From an uncultured virus (IMG/VR IMGVR_UViG_3300005461_000009) (lineage: Duplodnaviria; Heunggongvirae; Uroviricota; Caudoviricetes): a DNA stretch of 64,000 bases. Positions 20,869 through 29,941 of the stretch are shown here, in pieces (positions within the stretch are counted from its first letter, which is position 1; every line of letters begins with the position of its first letter). Under the pieces are notes generated by a model. The model saw only the letters and a list, made by a program, of their open reading frames with translations. It was not told the DNA's origin and searched no databases. Made by a program: the position numbers and the translations under genes. The stretch lies in IMG/VR virus record IMGVR_UViG_3300005461_000009; one strand, given 5' to 3'.

Positions 20869-21465
20869 CTATTTTTCATTTAACCACACTTTAAATTTCT
20901 CATAAGTACCAAATTTTTCTTTCCACCCTGCAACGATTTCTGTTGGATTCAAATTGAACTGCTTACAAACATGTGTAATATATTCATTTTCATATAATTT
21001 CTTTCTTCTTTTATTCAGTTTCTTAACCTCTGCAAATACATCCTCTCTGGGTACACCATATTGCTTTAATAAGTAAGCACTAAGATCATATTCTGAGTAT
21101 TCAATAAATTGGCAAATAGGGCATACACACTCAGGAACTTCATAGCATCCACTATCTTCACAGCAAAATCCCCATAACTCATCTTCTTCCATTACAAGTA
21201 ATTCATCTTCCGAATAATCTTTGTAGTCTTTTAAATCAGAACTCCAAGCGTCTTTGTTCCACTCGTTCTCTATAATCATTTTAACCATTTCTTCTTTTGT
21301 AGGTTTTGGAAGAGATTCATCACAACAAAATGTATGACCATTAACACATTCCATCATTTCTGTATCTGACAAACACATATCCCACCCACTTTCAGTACGA
21401 CCACATATTTCGCAAACGAAACTAGAACTACTGCTATTTGTAACAAAATCAGTTCTTATCTTCAT
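20869..21465 (-). CDS. TNSSS-motif protein, Cys-rich
   Basis: Starts MKIRTDFVTNSSSSSF; CxxC pairs. Confidence 0.8.
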   Translation of the reverse strand: MKIRTDFVTNSSSSSFVCEICGRTESGWDMCLSDTEMMECVNGHTFCCDESLPKPTKEEMVKMIIENEWNKDAWSSDLKDYKDYSEDELLVMEEDELWGFCCEDSGCYEVPECVCPICQFIEYSEYDLSAYLLKQYGVPREDVFAEVKKLNKRRKKLYENEYITHVCKQFNLNPTEIVAGWKEKFGTYEKFKVWLNEK

Positions 21466-21470
21466 ATTTT

Positions 21471-21809
21471 TTATCCCACCTTAAAGTTTTCTGTGCCAAG
21501 TTTATATCCATAATCATACATAAACGCTCCAAACTCATCATCTTCATTGCAATATTCAACTGCTGATGCAATCCAATCTCCAAGATGCAAGTCTGATGGT
21601 TCTCTAAATAACTGATTGGATAAATCATTTATGAATTTTTCAACTGATTTACCATCAGTATCCATATCAAACATTTCCAATATGTATTTAATATTTTCTT
21701 TATTCTCATTTAAATTATTTCTTATTTCATCAATAGTGCAATTTTCTCTTTTTGCAATTATAAAACTGCTACTTGATGAATTAGTCACAAAATCGCTGCG
21801 TACTTTCAT
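21471..21809 (-). CDS. TNSSS-motif protein
   Basis: Starts MKVRSDFVTNSSSSSF. Confidence 0.8.
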   Translation of the reverse strand: MKVRSDFVTNSSSSSFIIAKRENCTIDEIRNNLNENKENIKYILEMFDMDTDGKSVEKFINDLSNQLFREPSDLHLGDWIASAVEYCNEDDEFGAFMYDYGYKLGTENFKVG

Positions 21810-22881
21810 ATAAATCTTTCTCCTTCCTGTCACATAAAACTATCTGTCTTCTAATAGGACAACCTCCCCTACATTCACACTGCCTACTACAACCACTACA
21901 TGAATTTCTAAAATGATCTCTAAAATCCTCAAACTGTTTACTGTTCCAGGCGTTCTGTACTGTATCATTTGAAATATCATATGCCCATCTCATATCTTGA
22001 TTATCAAAGCTACAAGGTAGCATTTTCATATCTGATGTAATATAAGCAGACCATCTACCACCTTCACAAGTATCAAAACTATCCTCATTTATATTTGAAG
22101 TCATATTGATAAGTGCTGGAACTGTACAAGAGTCAAAACCAATTTTGAAATCGAACTGCTGAGTATCAATAATATGAAAGAATTCTCTTACTCTTTTATC
22201 TTCTATATCTAACACATTATTTTCCTGCCCTAATCCTACCGGCTTATGCAACAAAAAAATTATCGCATTGATGCCTTTAGGGAAATCATTGCTTTTTAAT
22301 CTCTTAATTGCTTCATCAATAGAATTATTACCTAACACATAATGAATATTAGTTTTAATTCCTGCGTCTAACAACATCTGAATTGCTTTATATGTATGTT
22401 CCTGACGATACCAACTGATTGCAACAGCTCCACAAAGCTCTTTACAAAGTGAAACAATCTCTACAGTAAATCCAAGACCAGATGATGTAAAGTTTGGCAC
22501 GATACCATTTTCTCTACTATATCTTAGAATCTTTTCAAAATCTTCATGCTGATCCACATCACCTCTACCACCTAAAGCAAACTGAAAAGTTTTACCCTTA
22601 CACTCGTCCACAATTCTCTTGAAATTTTCAAAAGACATATTTGGATATTTTGTCTTTAAACCATTCTGATAACACTGAACGCCAGATTTAATACATAGAC
22701 CACTGTCTCCATGAACACAATGTCCCATTACTCCTATGTCTAATAATTCTGGAAATGAAGTCATAAAAGGATCTTTGCTTGTGTCTTTGCCATCTTCAAT
22801 AACTCCACTTCTCATGTAAAATCCTGTATTGGGATTAAACATAGATATAAATTTGTTCTTCTTATCAATTTTCTTAATCAT
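21781..22881 (-). CDS. Radical SAM/SPASM protein with an expanded cysteine motif
   Basis: C-x7-C-x6-C (CVHGDSGLCIKSGVQC), ALGGRGD, C-terminal CEGG..PCSF..CSGC..C.CRGGCP SPASM pattern. Confidence 0.82.
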   Translation of the reverse strand: MIKKIDKKNKFISMFNPNTGFYMRSGVIEDGKDTSKDPFMTSFPELLDIGVMGHCVHGDSGLCIKSGVQCYQNGLKTKYPNMSFENFKRIVDECKGKTFQFALGGRGDVDQHEDFEKILRYSRENGIVPNFTSSGLGFTVEIVSLCKELCGAVAISWYRQEHTYKAIQMLLDAGIKTNIHYVLGNNSIDEAIKRLKSNDFPKGINAIIFLLHKPVGLGQENNVLDIEDKRVREFFHIIDTQQFDFKIGFDSCTVPALINMTSNINEDSFDTCEGGRWSAYITSDMKMLPCSFDNQDMRWAYDISNDTVQNAWNSKQFEDFRDHFRNSCSGCSRQCECRGGCPIRRQIVLCDRKEKDLYESTQRFCD

Positions 22882-22926
22882 TTTATGACCTCATTTCTTT
22901 AAATTTTTCCCAATGAAAGAGTTGTT

Positions 22927-23169
22927 TTAACCGTTTGAGTTTTTACCATACAAACCAATAGCCTGTTCGTATGAAATACCATTATCCAATAAATAATGAT
23001 AACAATCTACACAAAAATCTAATTCTGATTCATCTCCAGGAAACGAGTGTAATATATCTTCGTCTGAAACTGTTTTTCCACATTTATCACATATCTCTTT
23101 CCATACCCACCAATTTCCATTACTATTCTCTGAACCATCATAATTAACTCTGTGTAGATTAACCTTCAT
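22927..23169 (-). CDS. Hypothetical Zn-finger protein
   Basis: CDKCG...FCVDC; ATG after AAGGAG. Confidence 0.6.
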   Translation of the reverse strand: MKVNLHRVNYDGSENSNGNWWVWKEICDKCGKTVSDEDILHSFPGDESELDFCVDCYHYLLDNGISYEQAIGLYGKNSNG

Positions 23170-23201
23170 TACTTGTTTCTCCTTCCTTTGAAATGAAAAA
23201 T

Positions 23202-23420
23202 TTATCCTAATGCTTGAAACTTTGTATATTCTAAAATCTTCCAATTATCAGGTGTCATATTTTCGATTCCACAGCAATCACTTTGGTCTACAAAAAATGG
23301 ACAATTACCACAATTTCCTTTCTCATTAAGGTTGTCCTTGCAAACCTGCTTAATAATTTTTAATGAAGTAATAATACTTTTACCATTAATTTCTACACCA
23401 TCTATTTCCCTCTTATCCAT
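23202..23420 (-). CDS. Hypothetical Cys-rich protein
   Basis: GGAGGT SD; C..CPF motif. Confidence 0.65.
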   Translation of the reverse strand: MDKREIDGVEINGKSIITSLKIIKQVCKDNLNEKGNCGNCPFFVDQSDCCGIENMTPDNWKILEYTKFQALG

Positions 23421-23444
23421 TTTATACCTCCAAATATTCTTTAA

Positions 23445-23592
23445 TGTAGTTTGCCCTTGTTCTCGTACAAGGAAGGAGCTACACTACCGCCTGTCGTAAA
23501 CGCCATTCCTACCGTTTGTTGGGAGTCGTTAGAATTGGTAAGGCAACTATCTCCCGAATGAGAACTACCAGTTATGAACTGATAACTCCCAA
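23445..23592. ncRNA. Candidate structured RNA (two large stem-loops)
   Basis: CCTTGT-tctcgt-ACAAGG inside TGTAGT/GCTACA; GGGAGT..GTTAG-AATTGGTA...TACCAGTT..CTGATAACTCCC; GC-rich non-coding island. Confidence 0.5.
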
Positions 23593-23621
23593 TGAAACCG
23601 ATGTTTTAAGTCTATATGTAT

Positions 23622-24503
23622 CTACTCTTCTTTTGCAAAATTCAACATTTCATCTTTTGCTCTCTGGTAGAAATTACGGTCAATTTCAAAACCGAAAGCA
23701 CTTCTGCCAAGTTCATAAGCTGCTCTTAGTGTTGTACCAGAACCTGCACATGGATCAATAACCACATCACCAGGATCAGTAAATATCTCAATCAAACGTT
23801 TCAGAACTGCTACTGGCTTCTGAGCCGGATGGATTTTGGGAACTTCCTTAGACTTATCTTTTTCCCACATCATATATGTACTGTTGCTATGATAAGTTCT
23901 TCCCCACTCATCCTCATCTCCACCATCAAACCAGTTAAAGATCATATGTCCTGTTCCTGGAATGTTCTTACCATTTTCATCAACTTGAAGACCATTTCTG
24001 AATTTTGGCAATTTATCTCTATATAATAGGAGTGCGTATTCAGCAGCTCCCACAACCCTCATGTTAGCTTTGAGTACCTGTGGACTATAATTCTTGCAAA
24101 AGATTAGTGGTATGTAATGAATGAACCCATGCCTTTCTGCCGCCTTAATAAGTGTCTGAATCTGTTCAAAAGAACAGAATACAATCATACAAGGTGAGTC
24201 ACTACTGCGTCCTCTCGGAACAGGTCTAGTATCATCTTTTTTAAGCATCTTGGAACAAAAATGAAAATATTCATATAGATTAAAATTAAAATCAGAATTG
24301 AAAGCTGCTTTACCAGCTAATTTACTTTCACCTTTTTTGTTGTCTCCTCCGTTGTACCACATCGGATTTGAACCGTAAAAATTATTTCCTACATTATATG
24401 GAACATCTGCAATAATTAACTGAGCAGGTGGAATTGCATACTTCTTATAATTCTGCATAGAGTCCCTATATAATTCACATTTGATTTTCTTTTGATATTC
24501 CAT
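23622..24503 (-). CDS. N6-adenine/N4-cytosine DNA methyltransferase (beta class)
   Basis: IADVPY (DPPY variant), HPAQKP, VIDPCAGSGTT, GFEID. Confidence 0.88.
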   Translation of the reverse strand: MEYQKKIKCELYRDSMQNYKKYAIPPAQLIIADVPYNVGNNFYGSNPMWYNGGDNKKGESKLAGKAAFNSDFNFNLYEYFHFCSKMLKKDDTRPVPRGRSSDSPCMIVFCSFEQIQTLIKAAERHGFIHYIPLIFCKNYSPQVLKANMRVVGAAEYALLLYRDKLPKFRNGLQVDENGKNIPGTGHMIFNWFDGGDEDEWGRTYHSNSTYMMWEKDKSKEVPKIHPAQKPVAVLKRLIEIFTDPGDVVIDPCAGSGTTLRAAYELGRSAFGFEIDRNFYQRAKDEMLNFAKEE

Positions 24504-24557
24504 TCTTATTTAGGAGTAAATCATGATTTATTCTGCGCAGAAACCTCATTTCCTCCT
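24504..24557 (-). promoter_or_regulatory. Palindrome-bearing leader element (type A)
   Basis: GGAGG..GAGGT-TTCTGCGCAGAA-TAAATCATGATTTA-CTCCTAAATAA then ATG. Confidence 0.6.
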
Positions 24558-24651
24558 GGTTTTATTATTCTAATTTTTGCATATGCTTATTTTGCTTCTA
24601 CTTTTTGACATACAATGAATCGAAATTTTCATTGCCACTTACCTTACTTAT

Positions 24652-25695
24652 TTATTTTTTCTTCTCGTCCATCTCCTTACAGAATTCTCTATACTTTCTT
24701 GTGTACTCATAACTGTCACCAAAAATATTATTCACAGCAACAAATAGCTTTGGTTCATACTTCTCTATAACTTCCAACTCCTGCTCAAAATCTCTTCCAA
24801 ATGGGCAACCAGCACAACCCGTTCTCTCTAACCCATATTCCGTATAACACTTACTATGTACAATTCCATAATGGTTTTCATAATCTTCTTTGTCTGAATT
24901 TGTGTACCAAAACAAAGGTCTGTAATTATCATAGCCTTCTCCATTTTCATCAAAACAGGATTTATATGCTGTTTGCCTAATACCTCCTTCAGCCCTTCTA
25001 ACCCCAAATACATTTAAATCATATCCTTCATTTGCAACAAGCTTATGTAATACATCTTTCTTTGCATATTTACAACACTTTGAAGAAATTTTGAACTTTG
25101 GAGGATTTTGAATCATGAACTCCTTTAGATATTTGTTATATGCAATATTAAATTGGACTGATTCATTTGCATTACACCACCACATTAACGCACCTTTACA
25201 TCCAACCCAATCTTGTTTCTTTGTATTCCATTCACAATATCTTTGCAATAATATGTCTAATGGTTCATCTTCCCATTGGAATCCATGACATTGTAATCTA
25301 TCAATCATTTCAGAAGCATTTTTTGAAACAAATGGTTGTCCATATTTTTTACAACTTGTAGGGATAGGAACGATTGCTTTATATGGTTTAATTTCTATAT
25401 TATACTTCTCTCTTAACAAGTTCAGATGGTTTTTTGTAGCCTGATATTCTAAACCAGTATCAAACCAAACATATTCTACCTTACCATCTTTATCACATTG
25501 CCAAATAATATCTGCCATTACATCACTGTCTGATCCGCCAGATAAAGCACATACAATTTTCTTGTATTTATCGTTGTTTATCTTTGACCACGCTCTTACT
25601 AAATTATCTCCTATTGTTTGATTTTGTGGAGCATTACTGATTAACTCCATCAGATCAGCAGATTTTGAATTTATATTTTTATCTTTTCCTTGCAA
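24652..25695 (-). CDS. PAPS-reductase-family (PP-loop) protein, phage type
   Basis: LSGGSDS, FDTGLE, KCC, GVRRAEG, RTGCAGCPFG. Confidence 0.85.
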   Translation of the reverse strand: MQGKDKNINSKSADLMELISNAPQNQTIGDNLVRAWSKINNDKYKKIVCALSGGSDSDVMADIIWQCDKDGKVEYVWFDTGLEYQATKNHLNLLREKYNIEIKPYKAIVPIPTSCKKYGQPFVSKNASEMIDRLQCHGFQWEDEPLDILLQRYCEWNTKKQDWVGCKGALMWWCNANESVQFNIAYNKYLKEFMIQNPPKFKISSKCCKYAKKDVLHKLVANEGYDLNVFGVRRAEGGIRQTAYKSCFDENGEGYDNYRPLFWYTNSDKEDYENHYGIVHSKCYTEYGLERTGCAGCPFGRDFEQELEVIEKYEPKLFVAVNNIFGDSYEYTRKYREFCKEMDEKKK

Positions 25696-25756
25696 TTATT
25701 GTACTTACAAGGTATGCGCATACATTTTACCTAGAATTACTTGTATAACTCCTTTC
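25696..25756 (-). promoter_or_regulatory. Palindrome-bearing leader element (type B)
   Basis: GAAAGGA..ACAAGTAATTC..TAAA..GTATGCGCATAC-CTTGTA; parallels 36295-36356. Confidence 0.6.
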
Positions 25757-25890
25757 ATAGTTTGCTGAATTGCTGATTTTTATTAACATTTGCAACTGCC
25801 AATAAAAATATAATTTCTTTTGGTTACTATCTTTTACATTCTATACAGATGATAATTTTACCGATGAAATTGGCTTTTCAAGGAATATTT

Positions 25891-26636
25891 CTATTTCTTA
25901 TATGTGAATAATTTCTCTACTCTGCTTTCATGTTCATGAACTTTTAAACTTGTGGTAACATTTTTGCACCAAATACATTCAAAATCCGAAGGAGCATTAT
26001 ATTCACTAACAAAAGCCAATTTTCTTTACTCATTTTTCTACACCAATCCCAAAACATATCATAATCAAATGAATCTGTAGCATATTTAGTTGTACCTTGA
26101 TACGGAGGATCACAATAAATAACTGCATCCCGTAAATTAGCATACTCATTGTTTCTATAATCGCTACATAAAAATTTAATATTTTGTATATTGGGAATTT
26201 GTTCTGATAAGTTTCTTAATGCTTCATTTGGGATGTCTCTTGGTGTAACTTTGTCTGCTTTAAATCCTCTTGCATACCCACCAAAATATTTAGACCCAAA
26301 AGTTGCATTAAACCCTATAAGACCTACATAATAATCTGGATAATCTTTTTTACTATTTCTAACTTTATTATATTCTTCTTCTGAAATATGCAATGGTATT
26401 TCCCAACCATTCTGAATTTCATTCCACATTGCAATCAATTCTTTATGTATATCATTACCAATACGATTTTCACATTTAATCTTGTCAATCATATTGGCCC
26501 CACCAACAAACGGCTCATAATATATTTTTATATTATTTTCGTCAATACACTTTTGAATAATAGGTACAATATACTTGCTTATTCTGTTTTTACTTCCAAC
26601 GTATTTTATTTTCTTCACCCAGAAAGGTATGATCAT
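25891..26636 (-). pseudogene. Dam-like (D12 class) adenine methyltransferase with a frameshift near the 3' end
   Basis: KYVGSK, YEPFVGG, YCDPPY; the family-like tail VSEYNAPSDFECIW...VEKLF continues in the -1 frame from about 26010 to TAG at 25891. Confidence 0.7.
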
Positions 26637-26669
26637 CTCACGGCAGCAGCACCTTTATTCCTTTCCGTG

Positions 26670-26888
26670 TTATTTAGATTTTCTATTTCCTTCTTTTACT
26701 CGTTCAGCCAACATACTGATTAGTCTTGCTCCATATGGATACAATGAAGGCTCAAATGATATGTAATCTAATTGCATTACACCTCTACCTTGATTTTCTT
26801 CAATAATATTTGCTAATTCATTAAAAAACTTCGCTTGCTGTTCTGAGTCCATGTTCCAAAATTCTTCAACTAATTCTCGTGGATTCAT
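26670..26888 (-). CDS. Hypothetical protein
   Basis: ORF; frame extends to an ATT after GGAGGTG. Confidence 0.6.
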   Translation of the reverse strand: MNPRELVEEFWNMDSEQQAKFFNELANIIEENQGRGVMQLDYISFEPSLYPYGARLISMLAERVKEGNRKSK

Positions 26889-26965
26889 TTCAATATCTAC
26901 TTCTCTTGTAATTATTTATATCACCTCCAAACTTGTGATAAAACAGATTTTTCCTTGGGTTATGC

Positions 26966-27877
26966 TCATGCTATCTTGCAGTAATTCTTATCATTTTCAA
27001 TATTGAATTCATACTGAATAAGTGCTTCATAAACATAATCAGGAATAATATTTTTGTACTCGTTGGCAATTTTAATAATATCTTCTTTCTTCTTTTTAAC
27101 ATAAACAGAATATGCTTCTTCAAGTGTCAAATAACTACCAAGTTCTTCATGATTATATTTTGCAGAGTATCCTCTGACACACTTTTTAATGCCATTAGGA
27201 AGACCACGGTTATTTGGTTTATTTACAAATAGCATATTAATTCTTTGAGGAACTAAAATGCAGTTATCTGGAGAATATACCTTATTCCCTGGATGTAAAA
27301 TATCTTTATCCAAATGTAATCTGCCATCGCATTTATATTCTCTTTCTTCATACCAGTCAGCAAATGTTTGGAAATTGAGCCATTCATTACAAACAGTAGA
27401 TATATCGAAATATGCTGGATGTAAATCTCTATTTTGTTTTCCATAACATCTATCAAGCATATTCTTCCAAGACATATATGTTTTAGTATTTGTCTTTGTA
27501 TCTAGATATTGCATTTTGTGTTTTCCTGCACCTAAATAACCAATGCCAAATACTGTTTTATCATATGGATTTTTGATTTGTCCTCTTCGAAAATTTACAT
27601 ATGTTTGATGTTTCTTTATATGATGGAAATCATCTATAAACTCAACATCAAGATCCTCGCTACTTCTATAAGAAACTATTTTCATTAAAGTACCTTTATT
27701 ATTACTTTTTGTTTCGCCTAATCTGTCCGTTATACCACCTCCATATATTCCTTTCCACACTTGACTACCTATCAGAATGCTCAAGCCACAAACTTGAACA
27801 TTCCAAAAAAAAGAGGTTAAAATGAAAACAACAAAATTTATCTGATTGAGTGATTGAACACTCTGGTAGATAGCCAA
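26966..27877 (-). CDS. HNH-type free-standing homing endonuclease-like protein
   Basis: Y.SW.NML.RC, VC.EW.NFQ.F..W, LDKDIL..GNKVYSP.NC..VP..IN; true start probably near 27733 after GGAGGTG. Confidence 0.7.
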   Translation of the reverse strand: MAIYQSVQSLNQINFVVFILTSFFWNVQVCGLSILIGSQVWKGIYGGGITDRLGETKSNNKGTLMKIVSYRSSEDLDVEFIDDFHHIKKHQTYVNFRRGQIKNPYDKTVFGIGYLGAGKHKMQYLDTKTNTKTYMSWKNMLDRCYGKQNRDLHPAYFDISTVCNEWLNFQTFADWYEEREYKCDGRLHLDKDILHPGNKVYSPDNCILVPQRINMLFVNKPNNRGLPNGIKKCVRGYSAKYNHEELGSYLTLEEAYSVYVKKKKEDIIKIANEYKNIIPDYVYEALIQYEFNIENDKNYCKIA

Positions 27878-27958
27878 GTGTATATTATATTTCTTATCTA
27901 TAATTGTTTTTATCCTTTTTTATCACATAATTTGTCACCTCTTTATAAAAATTTTGTA

Positions 27959-28008
27959 GAACTTATGTTTGTTTTTTCATTGACATTTGGTACAAATTGG
28001 TATATAGT
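27959..28008 (+). promoter_or_regulatory. SigA promoter of the retron locus with an upstream LexA-like box
   Basis: TTGACA(27980)-17 nt-TATAGT(28003); GAAC-TTAT-GTTT at 27959. Confidence 0.7.
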
Positions 28009-28014
28009 TATAGG

Positions 28015-28325
28015 TATCAGTGTTATATAGCAGATTTACTCCCGTTTGGTTCGTTATTTTATATAACGAATGGATGCTCAATGATTTATGAGCATTTTTT
28101 AGGATGGACAGGCTCTGTACCACCGGTATCATCCTGTGCCATCCTCCCCGACAGCACAGGTCATCACATGCTCTTTACATACTTCTTTCAAGAGAAGTAT
28201 AATAAAGTGCTTTTACGGGGAGAAGAATTTTGCTGGTGTAAGGTAGATATACGCTATAATCATATCTCTTTGTTATTTGAGGACTGGGGAGACTCCATTA
28301 TGGAGCCAATATAATAACAAGGAGG
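28015..28325 (+). ncRNA. Putative retron msr-msd ncRNA
   Basis: Series of hairpins: TTCGTTAT/ATAACGAA, ATGCTCA/TGAGCAT, AGGATGG-ACAGG/CCTGT-CCATCCT, and a long CTCCCCG..AGCAC..ATACTTCT/AGAAGTAT..GTGCT..CGGGGAG stem, between the promoter and the RT. Confidence 0.7.
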
Positions 28326-28333
28326 TGAAGCCA

Positions 28334-28513
28334 ATGAAAAAGGCGGATAAATTTGAAATCACTATTGACATCCACAAAAAGGTTCGTATTACTAAAAAAA
28401 TGGTGATTATTTCTGTATCATTAATTGTTCTACTTGCACTGATTATGTCTAACTGTAGTTCTGAAACATTAGCTGATATTATTCGCTCGTTAATCAGCAT
28501 TGTTTCTAACTAA
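28334..28513 (+). CDS. Small (59 aa) transmembrane protein, candidate retron effector
   Basis: AAGGAGGTG SD; hydrophobic MVIISVSLIVLLALIM. Confidence 0.7.
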   Translation: MKKADKFEITIDIHKKVRITKKMVIISVSLIVLLALIMSNCSSETLADIIRSLISIVSN

Positions 28514-28545
28514 CACCAGCATTTATTTGAATATTGAGGTTATTT

Positions 28546-29517
28546 ATGATAGATCCAACAAAATCAAATTTGTATAAATTATCCACCAAAAAATATTTAA
28601 TGATACTTTTAAAAGTTCCTACAAAAGAATATCTAAATCAAAATTTTGTTGCAAAGCAGATTAATCCATATATACAAGCAAATCCAAAACCTCGTTTAAT
28701 TGAAGCTCCTTCGGATTCTCTTAAAAAAATTCAGAAAAACATAAAATGCGAATTAAATAAAATAGAAGTTCCTTCAAATGCATTCTCTGGTATAAAAGGA
28801 AAATCTTATGTTGATAATGCTGCTATACACCAAAACTGCAATTTTCTTTTTAAAATAGATTTAACAGCATTTTTCCCATGTATAACTCGTGAAACAGTGT
28901 ATAATTTTTTTAAAGTTGATTTAAAAACACCTTCTGATATAGCCAATATTCTCACTAATTTTGTTACTATTGACTTAACTTTATGTGATATTCAGGAATC
29001 AGAACCTATTGAGCAATTCCTTTTATCTAAGGGAATAAAAACTACAAATCATTTAATTTCCGGTTCTCCTGCAAGTCAAATTCTATCTTATTTAGCGAAT
29101 CATAATATGTTTGATGAACTACAAAATTTTTGTGATAAAAATGAGATAATTATGTCTATATATGTAGATGATATTACCTTTTCTTCACAACACGAAATTT
29201 CACACAAGCACAAAGAAATAATTTATAATATTATTTCTAAATATTTATATAGGCTTTCAAGATCAAAAGTAAAATACTATACAAATACTTATCCAAAATC
29301 TGTTACTGGAACTATCATTTCTCCTAATGGGAACCTCAATATTCCTAACTCATTAAGCCATAAAGTAATGAATGAATTGCGTAATTATAAGAATAATCCA
29401 AATGACGAACACTCTCAAAAGAGACTTCAGGGTTTAATAGTGGCCGCACAACAAACTGAACCAACAAAATTCAGTAATATTTATAATCATGTTCGCAATG
29501 CTACTATTAAAGCATAA
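28546..29517 (+). CDS. Retron-type reverse transcriptase
   Basis: NAAIH (region X NAxxH), KIDLTAFFP, GSPAS, YVDD, VTG (region Y). Confidence 0.88.
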   Translation: MIDPTKSNLYKLSTKKYLMILLKVPTKEYLNQNFVAKQINPYIQANPKPRLIEAPSDSLKKIQKNIKCELNKIEVPSNAFSGIKGKSYVDNAAIHQNCNFLFKIDLTAFFPCITRETVYNFFKVDLKTPSDIANILTNFVTIDLTLCDIQESEPIEQFLLSKGIKTTNHLISGSPASQILSYLANHNMFDELQNFCDKNEIIMSIYVDDITFSSQHEISHKHKEIIYNIISKYLYRLSRSKVKYYTNTYPKSVTGTIISPNGNLNIPNSLSHKVMNELRNYKNNPNDEHSQKRLQGLIVAAQQTEPTKFSNIYNHVRNATIKA

Positions 29518-29941
29518 TTTTTAATCCACTAAAATCTGAATCCTTGAAAGTTTTATTCTTAAACTGCACCAAACATAACCTATTTTTATACATTCCAAGA
29601 ATTGACTGTGTAATACCATTTCTCTTTTCCAGTACATTTAAATATAGCTTTAGATAAAATGGTTTATCATTCTCTTTACACCACTCAATTAAGTCATACA
29701 CTTCTTTATTTTCTGCCATAGAATCAGCATCTTCATCACTTTCTTCTTCTGATACTTCCTTCTCTACTAATTCAAAATACTTTTCAAATTCGTTATAAGA
29801 CATACACCCAAGATGACAGCCACCAAATTTAAAACTGATAACGCCATCTTCTGATACATCTGTCACTTCGCAAACTTCTCCGATATTATCAAATACTCCC
29901 ATCGGCTTAATCAGCCTAATCTCATTTCCTTTTGTAATCAT
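29507..29941 (-). CDS. Hypothetical protein
   Basis: ORF coupled to the PcfJ-like gene. Confidence 0.6.
   Translation of the reverse strand: MITKGNEIRLIKPMGVFDNIGEVCEVTDVSEDGVISFKFGGCHLGCMSYNEFEKYFELVEKEVSEEESDEDADSMAENKEVYDLIEWCKENDKPFYLKLYLNVLEKRNGITQSILGMYKNRLCLVQFKNKTFKDSDFSGLKIML

Noticed and set aside
26000..26030. Programmed frameshift in the Dam-like gene
   Set aside because: No X_XXY_YYZ heptamer or stimulatory hairpin seen; a 1-nt deletion or sequencing error explains it
27997..28314. 105-aa ORF upstream of the retron RT
   Set aside because: Starts inside the promoter and spans the hairpin-rich ncRNA; no SD
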